A stretch of DNA of 64,000 bases from Stegostoma tigrinum. Taxonomy: Eukaryota. Location of the stretch: the NCBI RefSeq assembly GCF_030684315.1, contig NC_081387.1:18231309-18295308 (forward strand), given 5' to 3'. The translations under genes and the position numbers were made by a program. Below the pieces are notes generated by a model. That model had not been told where the DNA came from, did not search any database, and saw nothing but the letters and a program-made list of their open reading frames with translations. Positions 1 through 11,199 of the stretch are shown in pieces (position 1 is the first letter of the stretch; each line of letters starts with the position of its first letter).

Positions 1-172
1 CTGAACATTCAGGGCAACATCCCCGCTGTGTTCAACCAGCACCTGCACAAACACTTGCATTTACGCACTGTTCCAGAGGAGATGCAGACAGGGGATGAAG
101 AATGTGGTGAAATCTCCCTATTCTCTGCTCTGTAAACTAACTCAATATTTCTTGGGCTGGTTGGGGAGGTGA
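1..172 (+). pseudogene. 3' remnant (TM7/helix 8) of a GPR139-like GPCR pseudogene, cut by the window edge
   Basis: After TGA at 2-4 the frame reads TFRATSPLCSTSTCTNTCIYALFQRRCRQGMKNVVKSPYSLLCKL. Near-identical to 61518 onward, including the premature stop. Confidence 0.85.
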
Positions 173-388
173 CAAGTGGTGTAATGATAGCGTCACTAAG
201 TCCCTAACCCAGGCCATGTCCTGAGATACAGTTTCAAATTCTCAGACAAATTTTCAAATGTCTCAGAGTGGGAGAAAAAGGCAGAGACATCAGTGGCACT
301 GCCTCTACTCCAGACGTTAGAAGTTCAAGTCCTACTCTCAGCATGGAACTCAGGATGGTGGGTTCTGAAGGTTTTCAAACAAGTTGAT

Positions 389-1190
389 CAAACTTGGCAG
401 ATGGAGTACAATGCTGATAAGTGTGAGGCCATCCATTTTGCAGCACGCTGCTGTGCAGAGGGACTTGGGAGTCCACGTGCATGAATCGCTAAAAGTAGGA
501 CTGCAGGTGCAGAAAGTCAATAAAAAGAGGCAAATGGAATTTTGTCTGTCATTGCTCTGGGGATGGAGTTTAAAAACAGGGAGGCTATGCTACAGCTGCA
601 GAGGATCCTGGTGAGGCCACACCTGGGGTACTGTGTGCAGTTTTCTTCTCCTTACTTGCGAAGGGGCAGACTCACACTGGAAGGGGAGCAGAGGAGATTC
701 ACTCGTTGATTTTAGAGTTGAGAGGGTTAGATTATGAAGAGAGCCTGAGTAGGCTGGGATTATACTCATTGGAATTCAGAAGAATGAAGTGTGATCTTCT
801 AGAAATGTTTAACATTGTGAAGAGAATAGATAAGGTGGGAGCAGGAAGGTTGTTTCCACTAGCAGGAGAAACTAGCACTTGAGGTCATAGCCTCAAAATA
901 AAGGGAAGCAGATGTAGGACTGAGGTCAGAAGGAACCTCTTCACCCAACGGGTTGTGAATCTGTGGAATTCCCTGCCAGTGAAGTGATTAAAGCTACCTC
1001 ACTGAATGTCTTTTTAAGGCAAGGCTAGATAATTTTTTGAACAGTAAGAGAATTGAGGGTGATGGTGAGTGGGCGGGTCAGTGGAGCTGAGTCTCAAAAA
1101 GATCAGCCATGATCTTATTGAATGGCAGGGCAGGATCGAGGGGCCAGATAGCCTACTGCTGCTCCTATTTCTTATGCTCTAATATTGTTA
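389..1190 (+). mobile_element. 5'-truncated CR1 LINE (RT C-terminus and 3' UTR)
   Basis: Fragments WQMEYNADKCEAIHF, LVRPHLGYCVQF, VVNLWNSLP. Flanked by TGAT. Paralogous empty site near 40728 (ggttgattgtcc). Confidence 0.85.
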
Positions 1191-2299
1191 TGATTGTCAG
1201 TCGGTACATCCTCCCAACCAATGCCACCAGCAGTTGGTCAGAGCAAGAGCTGTCCCCTCATCAGCTGAATCCTCAGCTACAACTGTCCTCCTGACAACAA
1301 CAAGCATGAGCAAGGTTCATGTTGTCACAGCTGCTCGATCTCACTGAGCAAACAGTGACATGTTGTGACATGAAACAACAAGCAGCAAGTAAGACAAGTC
1401 GCAGCTTTTCATTCTTGATGGAACTGCTTGGCAAAGGGACAGTGAGTGTCAATGCTATCTCGGTGCACTGACATCCCAGGAGCATTAGCACGAGGAGCAG
1501 GAGTTGGCCATTCATCCCCTCCTGTCCGCTCTGCCATTTTTCTGATCTCATCTCTGCCTCAACTCCACTTTTCTGCCCATTCTCTTAGCCTTTCAACCCA
1601 TCACTCATTAAAAGTCGGTTCATCTCTTTCTTATATTTACTCAATGTCCTTTTCACAGATTCATGACACTTTGAGAGAATTAGTTCTTCCTCATTTCTGT
1701 TTAAAATTTGCTACTCCCTGAACCTGAAACATTGGTCTCTTATTCTAGACTGTCGCAGCATGAGGAAACATCATCTCTCCGTCTACTTTGTCAATCCATC
1801 CTGCACTCAGATGTGCTTCACATGGATTTCCTCTCATTCTCTCTCGACTTTTTTGAGGACCGGCTGAAAGTGCTCAATATGTCGTCATAAGACGAACCTC
1901 TCATCTCTCATCTCTCAAATCAATCCAGTGAACCTCCTCTAAACTCCATCCAATGCAACTCCATCCCTCCTCCAGCCAGAGACCCAAAGCTGTACAGAAT
2001 GCTGCAGGTGGAAGCTCACAAATGTTTTGTACATTTGCCACAGAATGACACCATGTTTATGCTGCATTCCTTGAGGAGCAAATGCCAAAATTTCATTTAC
2101 TTTCTTTGTTAGAGGAAAGCGAATTGCCCTGAACAGTCCATTGTCTGCGTATCAATGTGCCCCAGTTTCAAGTCAAAGTGATTCAGCACATCCTTAGTGA
2201 CTGGCAGCCCTAAATGCCTTTCCCCTTATTCTGCAACTGTATCCATTGGAACAGCCAGGGAATACCTCCTTTCTCTTTCTATCCTTTGACTTAGCACCT

Positions 2300-2586
2300 T
2301 TACAATGTCGAAATGGACCCTTCAGCCCAACAAATCCACGCTGACTCCCACCCAGACCCAACTGTAACCAACTGAACCTACACATCCCTGAACACTGTGG
2401 GCAACTGAGCATGGCCAACCCATCATTGGACTCAGAGAGGAAACTGGAGATCTCGAAGGATACCAATGCAGACACAGGGAGAATGTGCTAACTCCATACG
2501 GACAGTCACCGAAGAGTGAAATTGAGCCTAGCTCGTGAGTTGCTGTGAGGCAGCAGTGCTAGCCACTGAACCAGCAAGCCACCCCC
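2300..2586 (-). mobile_element. HE1-like tRNA-derived SINE
   Basis: Reverse strand starts gggtggcttgctggttcagtggctagcactgctgcctcacagc, followed by cacattctccctgtgtctgc. Paralogous copies at 41545-41856 and 63815-64000. Confidence 0.7.
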
Positions 2587-3411
2587 GTTGAGCATTTTCA
2601 GAATTTCCGAAGTCACAAAGACATCACCTCTCATTCTGTGACAATTCAGAGAATACAATCCTTGTCTCCTCAATCTCTCCCCACAGGAAATTCAGACTGT
2701 CCTGAGGATCAGTCTGGGGAATCAGTTTGCATACCCTCCATGGAAATATATTTATTTCCATTGTAAGGAGACCAAAATGGCTTGACTACCTTAGAACTGT
2801 ACATTAATTATCCTCCACTCAATAACAACAGACCATTTGCTTTCCTAATTGCATGTGGCATCGACATGCGAGTTTTCATTCACCAACAAACAAAGGCACA
2901 CGGGTATCTTTGGGCCTCAGCAATTTCTAATCTTTGACCATTTAATAAATATTGTACACAATGCTTATATCGAACAAAATGGATAACCTCACAATTATCC
3001 GAATGATATTCTCTTCAAATTTCCTAACCGTTCACTCAGCCTGTGAAATTCTTGTGAACACTGTCAGCTTGACAACAAATGTTTCTGCACAGTTTTCTGT
3101 CACACACAAACTTGCAAGAAAGAGATGGATTGAGCTCATAAAGATAGTGGGATCAAGGGTTTCGGAATAAGGCAGGAACAGGATACTGATTGTGGATGAT
3201 CACCATGAAAATAATGAATGGTGGTGCTGGCTGGAAGGGCTGAATGGCCTACTCCTGCACCTATTGTCTATTGTATTCAATACATTCCTTCAAATCCAAA
3301 TCATAGATTATGAACAGCTGGGGTCCACGATGTAATCCTTGCAGTACATAACTCATCACAGCCTGCAAATCTGAGAATGGCCCTTACAGTTCCATTGTCT
3401 GAAGTGCCATT

Positions 3412-3508
3412 TTCTGAAGAAGAGTTCAGGCCCAAAACGACAGGCTTCCTGCCCCTCTGATGCTGCTTGGCCTGCTGTGTTCATCCAGCTCTACAACTTG
3501 TTATCTCA
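3412..3508 (+). mobile_element. Penelope-like 3' terminal fragment with degenerate hammerhead core
   Basis: ctgaagaagagttcaggcccaaaacg...gatgctgcttggcctgctgtgttcatccagc matches the end of the element at 34085-34213. Confidence 0.7.
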
Positions 3509-4799
3509 GTTCTGTTGTCTGTTCCCTTTTAGCAGAGCAATCCTCAATCAACCTTCTTCAACCTTGTGCTCTAAATTTGCTCTAAACTCAAATAGAATTT
3601 ATCAAAAAGCATTCTTAAAATGAAGATATACTGAACTGAGTGTTATAATTACTCCAGGATGTGGGCATGACTGTCCGGGCCAGCAGTTATTGTTTCTCCT
3701 TTAGTGTCGAGAGGGTAGTTGAGAGTCAGCCATGTCTGGAGTCACAAGTAAATCAGATCTTGAAGGACAACAAGGTGCTTCCCTGAAGGTCATCAGTAAA
3801 AAAAAATGAGCCGTTCAAACAATAGACAATGGATTTTTTGTCTTGGTTAGAAATTCCATTTCAGATATTTTTAAAACATTGAATAACATTGTCTTTGCCT
3901 CCAGATGAATGGCCCAGTGCTAGTATCACTGAACAAAGAACAAAGAACAATAAAGCACAGGAACAGGCCCCTCAGTCCCTGAAGCCAGCGCCAACACCTT
4001 TGCCCTTCCTTCACTCACGGGAGTTGTGTCTCTCTATTGCATCACTGTTCACGTATTCTTCCAGGTTCTTCTTTGAATGTGACTTTTGTGCTTGCTTCCA
4101 CTACCTACTCTGGCAGTGTGTTCCAGGCACCCACCACCATTTGTGTGAAAGATTTGCCTCACACATCTTTTTTAAACTTTCCCCCACCCTGCCCCCGCAC
4201 CTGCAACCTGCGTCCCCTCCTAAGTGACCCCTCCACCCTGGGGAAGTGCTTAATACTTTCCTCTGCCCCCATGCCATTCATAATCTTATAATCTTGCATC
4301 AAAAAACGGCCAGCTCTTCACAACCTTTCTTCGCCAATCTGCTGGGAACATCCTCAAATAGCTCAATTACTTTGTGAAAAGTGATTTCCATAGATCAATG
4401 GTGATTCAGCCCAATCATCATATTTTTTGAATTCTTGGATTTTCCTGACCACTCGTATCGGTTTAAAAATAAATGGTGTTCTGTGCTATCACTCTCCAAT
4501 CTTTTTATGCAGTGGGATCACATTTGCAACATTGCCACCTCCAATCAATTATTCTTACCCTTTACCATTCTATAGGATTCATCGTAATCACCCTGATCCA
4601 TTGTTGCAGAAAGTTCAGTTTCCTGTCTCGGTCACACTCCGTTATGGCAATCAGTTCATAATTGATTATTCTATTTGTGTCACCAATGCACCGACATGGC
4701 TGGAAATATCACACAATCTCTCACTGCTTGACATTACCTGAAGGAATTCCTATCAAGAAAGGTGACAGTTTCAGAGAGTAATACAACATGGAAACAGCA

Positions 4800-5315
4800 A
4801 GGTAGAGGTCAGTACGCCAGACTCCAACAGCACCACCCTTATCCGCAGGCTTGCTGACAACGTGAGGGTTAGATCTGAGTGCATGGAGTGCAATCAGTTC
4901 AGAGAGAGATCGGTTGGATTTGTTGAGGGGACAGTGATATGGCGGGGTCTAATGTCAATTCGACAGTTCTCAATGCAGATCGAGTGCAGGTAAATGGCTG
5001 GAGGGAGGGGTCCAGGTGGAGGGAGAATGTTGGAGTTGGGCAAAAAGGTCCGTGGGATGGGGAGTGGCCTCTTGTCCAAAGGAATGAGCACGGAGGTGTG
5101 TGTGAGCAGAAAATACTTGACTGCTCAGCCAGTCGAACAGTGCCAGTTGAGATAGAAACGAGGTCAAAATCAAAGGTGGTTGCAGAAAGACTTTCTGATG
5201 GCAGTTCAGTAATTGAGGGTGCAGTTTCAATAGTCATGTGATCATAAGGTGTGGAGCTGCATGGAGACAGCAGGCTAGGCAGCATCAAAGGAGCAGGAAA
5301 GCTGACATTTCAAAA
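4800..5315 (-). mobile_element. Degenerate Penelope-like remnant
   Basis: 5245-5312 is the reverse complement of the Penelope terminal segment. The upstream part is degraded and resembles Penelope coding sequence only weakly. Confidence 0.45.
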
Positions 5316-5324
5316 CGGTGGATG

Positions 5325-7000
5325 ATTTAAGTCCCATCTCCATCCCTCAAGAAGGAATATTCAAAAAACTAGTGGGGCTAAAGGCCCTGATCTAAAAAAA
5401 AAGAGACAGATCCAGGGATACTGGATATATTGACTGTAATTTACTAAAATCCTTGGATTGTGAAGAACTACCAGATGTTTGGAAAACCGACAATGTGACA
5501 CTGCTTTTCCAAAAACAAGTGATGCAAAACATGGGTTAGTACCTCGACTGTCGAAAATATTTTGGAATCAATTGTTAAAGATGAGATTGTGTGTCATTTG
5601 GAAAATATTAATCTCATCAAGCAGAGTCAGCCCAGGCCCATGAAAGGAAAATTGTGACTGGCTAATTTAATGGAAAATTTGAAGGAAGCCTCAACTGGAA
5701 TGGACAGAGAGAAATCAGTAGACGTGTTTTAATTAGGCTTTGAGAAGGTGTTCACAGAATGTTGAATCATCAGAGCCCATGCTGTTGGACGTAACTTATT
5801 GGTCTGGACAGAGAATTTTCCAATGGCCCGGAGACAGTCAGTATTGATAAGCTATTCATTTACAGCATAGCCATCCATGGCCTTTGAGGTTCCAAAGGGA
5901 TCAGTGCTGGGATTGCTGCTGGTTGTTATAAATATTATCAACCTGGAGAAAAGGAATAAATGTACTGGAGCCAAATTTACAAATGACACAAAACACAGGT
6001 GGAAAAGCAGATTCTGCTCCTTCGATGCTGCTTGGCCTGCTGTGTTAATCCAGCTCGACACCTTGCTATCTCTTGTGAGAAGGTACCGCGGTTTACAGAG
6101 AAATATTGAAAGATGAAGTGAAACATTGTCAAAAGTCATGTGGTTAAATGTCACATTATTCATTTTGGAAGGTAGATCAAACGAACAGTTTTACTTAAAC
6201 AGAAAACAAAGGCTGCAGAAAGCTGGAAAACAAAGGGAGTTAAGGTATTTTGTACGAAACAGAGAAAGCAAGCACAAAACTGCAGCCAGCAACCAAGAAG
6301 ACTTATGGAATGTTGGTCCATCTTTCAAGAGGGTTGGAATATCAGTTTATGGAAGTCTTATTGCAACTGTCCATGGTGATGGTAAGACCACACTTGAAGT
6401 ATTGTGTGCAGTTTTGGCCTGCTATTGAGGAAAAGAAAAAAATAATAAAATCTTGGAACACAATTCAGACAAGGAGCATCAGGATGATTGCACATTTGGA
6501 GGGACTGTCTGATGAGCAAAAATTAAACAGATTGGGACTCTACTCACTGCAGCATTGGCGAATGAGAGGTGACCTCATTGAGACATTTTGGATTCTTTTG
6601 GGGCTTGACCAGGTAATTGCTGGACCAAGATTCCCCTCATGGGTGTGCTTTGGCTGTTTCTGCTTTCACCTGAAAATGGGACCACCAGCAGTTCTAAGAG
6701 AAATTCTCCTTCCGATCATTGTAATCCTTGAAATTTCTGAAAGAAAAAGCTGTTGTGATATTTTCTTGCCTGTTCTGTTCTGAAATGTCCCAGAGAGAAT
6801 AATCATAAAGGAGTAATGAATTAATTCTGAGATCAGGAGGAATTTGTTTTCTCAGTGGGTTGTGAATGTTTGGAGCTTCTTGCCACAGACCGAGCTGTGA
6901 AGGCAGAATCCTCACTGATATTTAACACTGACGCAGACAGATTCTTGATGGCAGCTGCAGAAATTTTAGACATTTCAAAATGACAACATTTTTGACAGAC
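5325..7000 (+). mobile_element. Ancient degenerate CR1 forming the GPCR intron
   Basis: Remnants VPKGSVLG, AKFTNDTK, VRPHLKYCVQFWP, MRGDLIETF. Same block recurs at ~17050-18580, ~28600-29930 and ~48520-50260. Confidence 0.75.
6676..6739 (+). pseudogene. Intronic degenerate copy of GPCR exon 1 without splice donor
   Basis: ctttcacctgaaaATG then MGPPAVLREILLPIIVILEIS (21 codons + G, same length as true exon 1), followed by AAAG instead of GTAAG. Confidence 0.75.
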
Positions 7001-7734
7001 GTTAGCCATAGAAGAGGAGAATCGGAACATCAGAATGAAAAGCAGGAATAGGCCATTTGTCCCTTTGAACACCTCCCATCTTTCAGGAGGATCCTGGCTG
7101 ATCTGAGAGATCTCCACTGTTCTTCCTGCATTTCATCGCCCTTGAATCCCACGTGTATCCAAAATGTATTGAACTCAATTTTCGACACTCAGCTGCCACG
7201 ATGTTGAAGGGAAGAGGGTTTCATGTACTAACCACCCTCTTAGGGAATAAAAATCTCCTTATCTCTGTTTGAAATGGCAAATTGCTTGTTCCTAAACTGT
7301 GCCCTCTAGTTATAATCTTCACCTCAAGAGAACTCCAATTTATCCACTTTGTCCAGTGCCCTCAAGATCTTAAATATTTCAATGCTATGACCTCACATCC
7401 TCCTGGACTCAAATGAATTTAGGCATAACCTTTCTTCACCAAACAAGACATGATTCCCAGGGGTGAGGCAGGTAATTTTTTTCTGATCTGCTCCTAAATT
7501 CGAAAAAAAAGTGTTGTCCTAAAATATGGAATCCGTGCAGTGCAAAATCACCTTCCGATTAATTCCACAATACAGACAATGCGTTGCCAATAAGCTGGCA
7601 CTGTCTTTCATTGTCATGCAAATCTAAAATTATCAACAGCTTCCAAATGTCTTGCAATTCCTGACCTTATCCATGCACATATCTACTGAGCGTTTGGTAC
7701 ATCTCATGACTTGCCTTTTTTCTTTATTTTTCAG

Positions 7735-8642
7735 CGAACCTGATGACAGTGTTGATTCTTTCTCGAGGTAATTGCGGCCTTTCCCAAGGAATCACTTGCT
7801 ACATGAAGGCCATGGCAACGGCAAATCTGATGGTCCTTGTCTTCACTGTGCTTGTGAGCCAGATTATCAGGAATCATTTCCCAGGCTCACCGTTGAACTA
7901 CACTCCCATCTGCCAACTCAATATTTTCCTGCAAGGGCTGAGCCTCCATCTCACCATCTGGTTCACCATAACCTTCACCTTTGACCGTTTTGTAGCAATT
8001 TGCTGCCACAAATTGAAGGCGAGATATTACACTGAAAGAACGGCCAATGTGGTCATATCCACTGTGAGTGTGCTTCACATTATAATCAACATTCCCTTAC
8101 CTTTTCGCTATGAGGCTGCTTATGTTGTGAACAGTGTACAGTGGGGCTGCCGAACCATCACCAGTTACCACACTTCACCGGGCTGGGCAGCTCACCGGTG
8201 GGTCACCAACATCTCAAACTCATTTGTTCCTATTCCCCTGCTCCTGTTGATGAATTCTCTCACCACCCAGCACATCCTAGTGGCCAGCAGAGCTCGGCGA
8301 GCCCTGAAGAGCAGCAGCAGTGCTGGTGCTGTGAAGATGGGCAGTGACCCCGAGTTGAAGAGCAGGAAGACCTCCATCGTTCTACTCTTTACCATCTCTG
8401 GATGCTTTGTGATACTTTCGGCGCCCATCACTGTGATCGATATGTGTGTCGGTGTCACCCAGACATTGAGATTCCAGGATTTGAACTCACTCTATTTGGC
8501 AATCAGGGTGACATTCCTGATGACATGCACCAACTCCTGCACAAACACTTGTATTTACGCACTGACCCAGAGAAGGTTCAGAGAGGAGATGAAGAATCTG
8601 GCAAAATCTCCTTATTCTTTGCTCTCTAAGCTACACAAGTAA
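7735..8642 (+). CDS. GPR139-like rhodopsin-class GPCR, exon 2 (intact ORF; exon 1 not found in window)
   Basis: Acceptor tttttcag|CGAAC. 7TM hallmarks ILSRGNCGLS, MATANLMVL, FTFDRFVAICC, NTCIYALTQRRFREE. No internal stops. Confidence 0.85.
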
Positions 8643-8664
8643 GTTACATTTACCGGGGAGCTCC

Positions 8665-8930
8665 CGGTGGAAGAGTAACCTCACTGGACCAGCAATCCAA
8701 AATGCAAAGCTAATATCCTGGGTTACAGAGTCAATCCCACCGTACAAACAGCGAATTATCTATTCAATAAAATGCTCACCTCAGAATGACCATGTAGCCA
8801 TTATTGATTGTTAAGTTTGAAAGTTACTTGCCATCAAAGAACTAATGCCCCAAAGGAATTCTACCATCTTTCGCTGGTCTGTCCTGTATGTGACATTCGA
8901 GTTATGGCCATGCTTTGGACTCTTAAAATA
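8665..8930 (+). mobile_element. Old SINE-like repeat in the GPCR 3' UTR, contains AATAAA (8766-8771)
   Basis: Similar to a free-standing copy at ~54228-54520 and reverse copies at ~3650-3930 and ~42760-43075. A related sequence follows the stop of each GPCR copy. Confidence 0.55.
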
Positions 8931-9739
8931 CATGTGTCTCTGCATGGATGCCATCTGATACATTGCGATCGCCAGCATTTGTTGCTCACAGTACAGTTTC
9001 CAGCATCTGCTGTAATTTGTTTCAAAAATACATTTGTCCTGTGTCTATGTTAGTTTTTGTATCTCTCAATGCAACAATCTTACAGTTTAGAAGTGTCCAC
9101 TTGATTTCTGAATTCCCCACAAGACTTGAATAATTAGGGGTGGCGAGAGTTAGAAGATGTAAATGTCGTGGTACGGTCATGGTGTGCAGTGGTATTGCCC
9201 CTATCACTTATCCTAAAGGACTGGGCTCAACGTCACCTGTTTCGGAGATGTATTTTCACACAGCTGATTGGGTTGGTTCAAGCATCTGTATGTTTTGGGA
9301 CTTATGGTAAATTGGCACCAAATGATCATGAGTCTGCAGTTGCAGAATTTGATGTGGTTTTGGGAGTCACGTCAACAGGCTGGGATGAATACAGAGGGTG
9401 TAGAAGAGTTTCACTGGGAAAATACTGAATACAAATCCCTGTAACAATGAAGCAGAATCTGGCACATTGTGTTTCTTTTCATTCTTAATTCCAGCGACGA
9501 CATTGATAGAGGCAGTTAGAATGATAGAGGGTTAGCTCAGCGTGCACAGGAATAATAATCTATTGGCCTGGAAGGAGTGGACATTGATGTGGAGATGAGG
9601 TGGAAGGACATCTGGCTGACAATAGATGAAAGTAGTGACTCTTGGCTGTCTGAAACTGCGGGATAGATGGTCAGTATTATTGAGGGAAGCAACAGCCAGA
9701 CCGATATTGAGAATGAGTGAAGGCTGAGTCAAGGAGATA

Positions 9740-10050
9740 TATTGATTGGGTAACAGTGAAGGAATGACAATATCTTGCCAAGTCAGGATTGTATGGTTTG
9801 AAAGGCAGTTTGTAGCAGTGGCATTTCCTTGCATCTGCTGTCCTTGTCATTTCCAATGGCCGGCTTGGAAGATGCTGTGCTGGGAGCCTTGGAAAGTTGT
9901 TGCAGTGAATCTTGTAGATGGTGCACATTGCTGCACATGTGCCATCGTGGTAGAGGGAGTGAATGATGAAAGTTTTAGATGATGCATCAATACTTGCCAC
10001 TTAGCAGTCAAAGTTTCAATGTTGTCCAGCTCTTGCTACATATTGACATG
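9740..10050 (-). mobile_element. Degenerate 3' fragment of a second LINE family (CR1/L2 group)
   Basis: HSLYHDGTCAAMCTIYKIHCNNFPRL...RTADA. Same family as 43540-44330 and 38860-39560. Confidence 0.6.
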
Positions 10051-10830
10051 GGTTGGCATGTGGAATTTAAATTAGATAGATGCGAGGAATTACATGTAGT
10101 AAGAGAAGCCAAAGCAGGACTTTCACATTTAATTGTAGGTCCCTGGGCAGTGTCGTTGAACAGAGAGCCGTAGGGGTGCAGGTACATAGTTTCTTCAAAG
10201 TGGCATCACAGATAGATATTTCACTGAAGGCGACTTTTCTTCACTGATGAGAACATTGAGCATCTGTGATAGGATCATCTAAACTCTGAGGGCACATTAG
10301 GAATTCTGCATACAATTCTGTTTGCCCGGCAAAAGTCACATCTGCAGAAAAGAAAACATGTGCAGAAAAGTTTTACAAAGATGTTACCAAAACTGGAGGT
10401 TTCGAGTTAAGGAGAAGCTGGATAGACTCATCCATTTTTCCCTGGACTCCAGAAGGCTGTGGGGGTGACCTCATACAGGTTGAGAAAATCATGAGCAGTG
10501 TGTAACTCAGGTGAGCAGATGAGGGCTTTCCACCAGAATGTGCCAGTCCAAAACTCGACAGCATCGGTTTACGGAGTGAGGACAAAGATTTAAAGCAACC
10601 TGAGGGTAACATTTTCACACAGAGGGCAGCATGTCTATGGAACAAACTACCAGAGGAAATGGTAGAGATCAATACAACTGCAAAATTTAAAAGAGATTTG
10701 GACAGATCTATCAATGAGAATGTTTTAGATAGATATGGGCCCAATGTGGGCAAATTGAACTCGTTCACTTGAGAAAACCTGGTTGTCATCGATGATTTGG
10801 ACCTAAGGGGCTGATTCAATGCTGCATGGC
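10050..10830 (+). mobile_element. Degenerate CR1 (HER1-like) 3' fragment
   Basis: WHVEFKLDRCEELH remnant, GNIFTQRAACLWNKLP and a CR1-type 3' UTR. Paralog at 37355-38170. Confidence 0.65.
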
Positions 10831-11199
10831 TTGTTATGGGCCAGACCAGACCTCCTCAAAATATTTTAAGAAGTTATCTGGAAACCTAACTTTTTCTTGT
10901 TTTAAAGGCAGAAGTGAAGTTCCAGATGCAATGTGATTAGTCAATCTACTTAATGTTCAGCTTAACAATTGTGTTATATGCTATGTTTAAAATACAGCCA
11001 AAGAAAGAAGTTGGAATAGATTAACTCTATTGGAAATCTTAACAGAGCGATAGATACAGTATGTATTATTTATGTTCCAAAATAGTATCACCCTTTGGCT
11101 AAAAAGGCAAATTCCGAAAAAAAATAGATTATTTTCACAAGGAATGCCACAGCATAGAGAAACCCCAGCTTCCTGCTGTAATCAAGGCAGAGAAAAGTT

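Noticed and set aside
1109-1890. Short ORFs conserved between the window start and 62627-63408
   Set aside because: The conservation is explained by the recent segmental duplication, and no protein motifs are recognisable.
6250-6783. 177-aa ORF fusing CR1 RT sequence to the exon-1 copy
   Set aside because: Starts at TTG in a decayed LINE, and the paralogous regions contain stops. Most likely a chance open frame.
8192-8458. Recurrent antisense ORFs over the GPCR exons (also 24023-24283, 51445-51801)
   Set aside because: Shadow frames of paralogous coding sequence with no independent gene signals.
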